This document shows positions 63,501 through 64,000 of a stretch of DNA of 64,000 nucleotides, piece by piece. A model generated the notes under the pieces. That model did no database searches. It saw only the letters and a program-made list of their open reading frames with translations, and was not told the DNA's origin. The stretch comes from a virus (taxonomy: Duplodnaviria; Caudoviricetes): positions 7,160 to 71,159 of IMG/VR virus record IMGVR_UViG_3300014204_000174; one strand, 5' to 3'. Made by a program: the position numbers and the translations under genes. Each line of letters opens with the position of its first letter. The first letter of the stretch is position 1.

Positions 63501-63576
63501 GTCCTCGTAGCTCAGTTGGTAGAGCAGTGAACTTTTAATTCATTGGTCGCTGATTCGATCTCAGCCGAGGGCACCA
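63501..63576 (+). tRNA. tRNA-Lys(UUU)
   Basis: GUCCUCG/CGAGGGC-A-CCA; GUGAA-CUUUUAA-UUCAU. Confidence 0.95.
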
Positions 63577-63590
63577 AAAAGGAAAAGATA

Positions 63591-63959
63591 ATGAAGCTAT
63601 GTTATGATATTGTTGAAGTTAAAATTGCAAGAATAAAATTAGGTGATATTTGGTATACTGCACAATATGTAAAATCAAAATTAGATCTATTAACAAAAGA
63701 TGTAGATAGAAACCCTACTATTGATGAATTTGAAGATGAAGTATTACTGGATTATTTTGTTAAGAATAAAATAGTCACACTTGCATTTTTTGATATTTTT
63801 ATACATTATGGATATCAACCAGACAATGCTCCATATTCTATTGAATATTTTGATGAGTTCCGTAAAGAAGTAGATAATATTTGTAAATTAGATGAAGATA
63901 TTAATATTATGGATTACCCAGAAGATGAAGAATGGGAAGAAGAAGAAGAAGATGAATAA
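63591..63959 (+). CDS. hypothetical protein with acidic tail
   Basis: ORF track; start downstream of tRNA. Confidence 0.55.
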   Translation: MKLCYDIVEVKIARIKLGDIWYTAQYVKSKLDLLTKDVDRNPTIDEFEDEVLLDYFVKNKIVTLAFFDIFIHYGYQPDNAPYSIEYFDEFRKEVDNICKLDEDINIMDYPEDEEWEEEEEDE

Positions 63960-64000
63960 TTAATTTTAAAAGGAAAAGATAATGGAATTCAATGTTATTA

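Noticed and set aside
42383-63600. HDV-like theta ribozymes at tRNA 3' ends
   Set aside because: tRNA trailers are AT-rich and I could not build the nested double pseudoknot by eye.
1-64000. Genome-wide stop-codon reassignment (code 15/4/25) as the cause of the in-frame stops
   Set aside because: Long conserved genes are intact in code 11 and end at TAA, TAG and TGA with tight overlaps; no clean suppressor tRNA is seen. The interruptions are local.

Overview
AT-rich (roughly 30% GC by eye), gene-dense segment of a large T4-superfamily-like (myovirus/jumbo) phage genome using the standard genetic code. It holds a rearranged T4-type replication, recombination and late-transcription set: topo II (gp39+60 and gp52), gp55, gp33, gp59, gp32, gp45/44/62, gp61, gp47, UvsW, UvsY, RNase H and a C-terminal PolB fragment. 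Also present are a few baseplate/tail genes, NAD+ ligase, a CCA-adding enzyme, nucleotide metabolism (dCTPase/dUTPase, dCMP deaminase, ThyX, NrdD, three NMP-kinase-like proteins) and a probable DNA-hypermodification/glycosylation cluster. RNA genes: six canonical-looking tRNAs, four aberrant tRNA-like genes, a 136-nt mini-tmRNA and three unexplained 120-135-nt structured RNAs. The most unusual signals are: (i) a 12-nt stop-containing insert in PolB motif B that looks like a ribosome-hop site; (ii) the mini-tmRNA; (iii) an in-frame UGA followed by a hairpin; (iv) the three structured RNAs, whose G-U pairs fix their strand; (v) two promoter classes, TTGACA-N17-TATATT (x14) and TTGAC(A/T)-N17-TAA(A/G)TA (x5). 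All protein calls come from motif recognition by eye, with no database searches. Assembly error cannot be excluded for the three interrupted genes.
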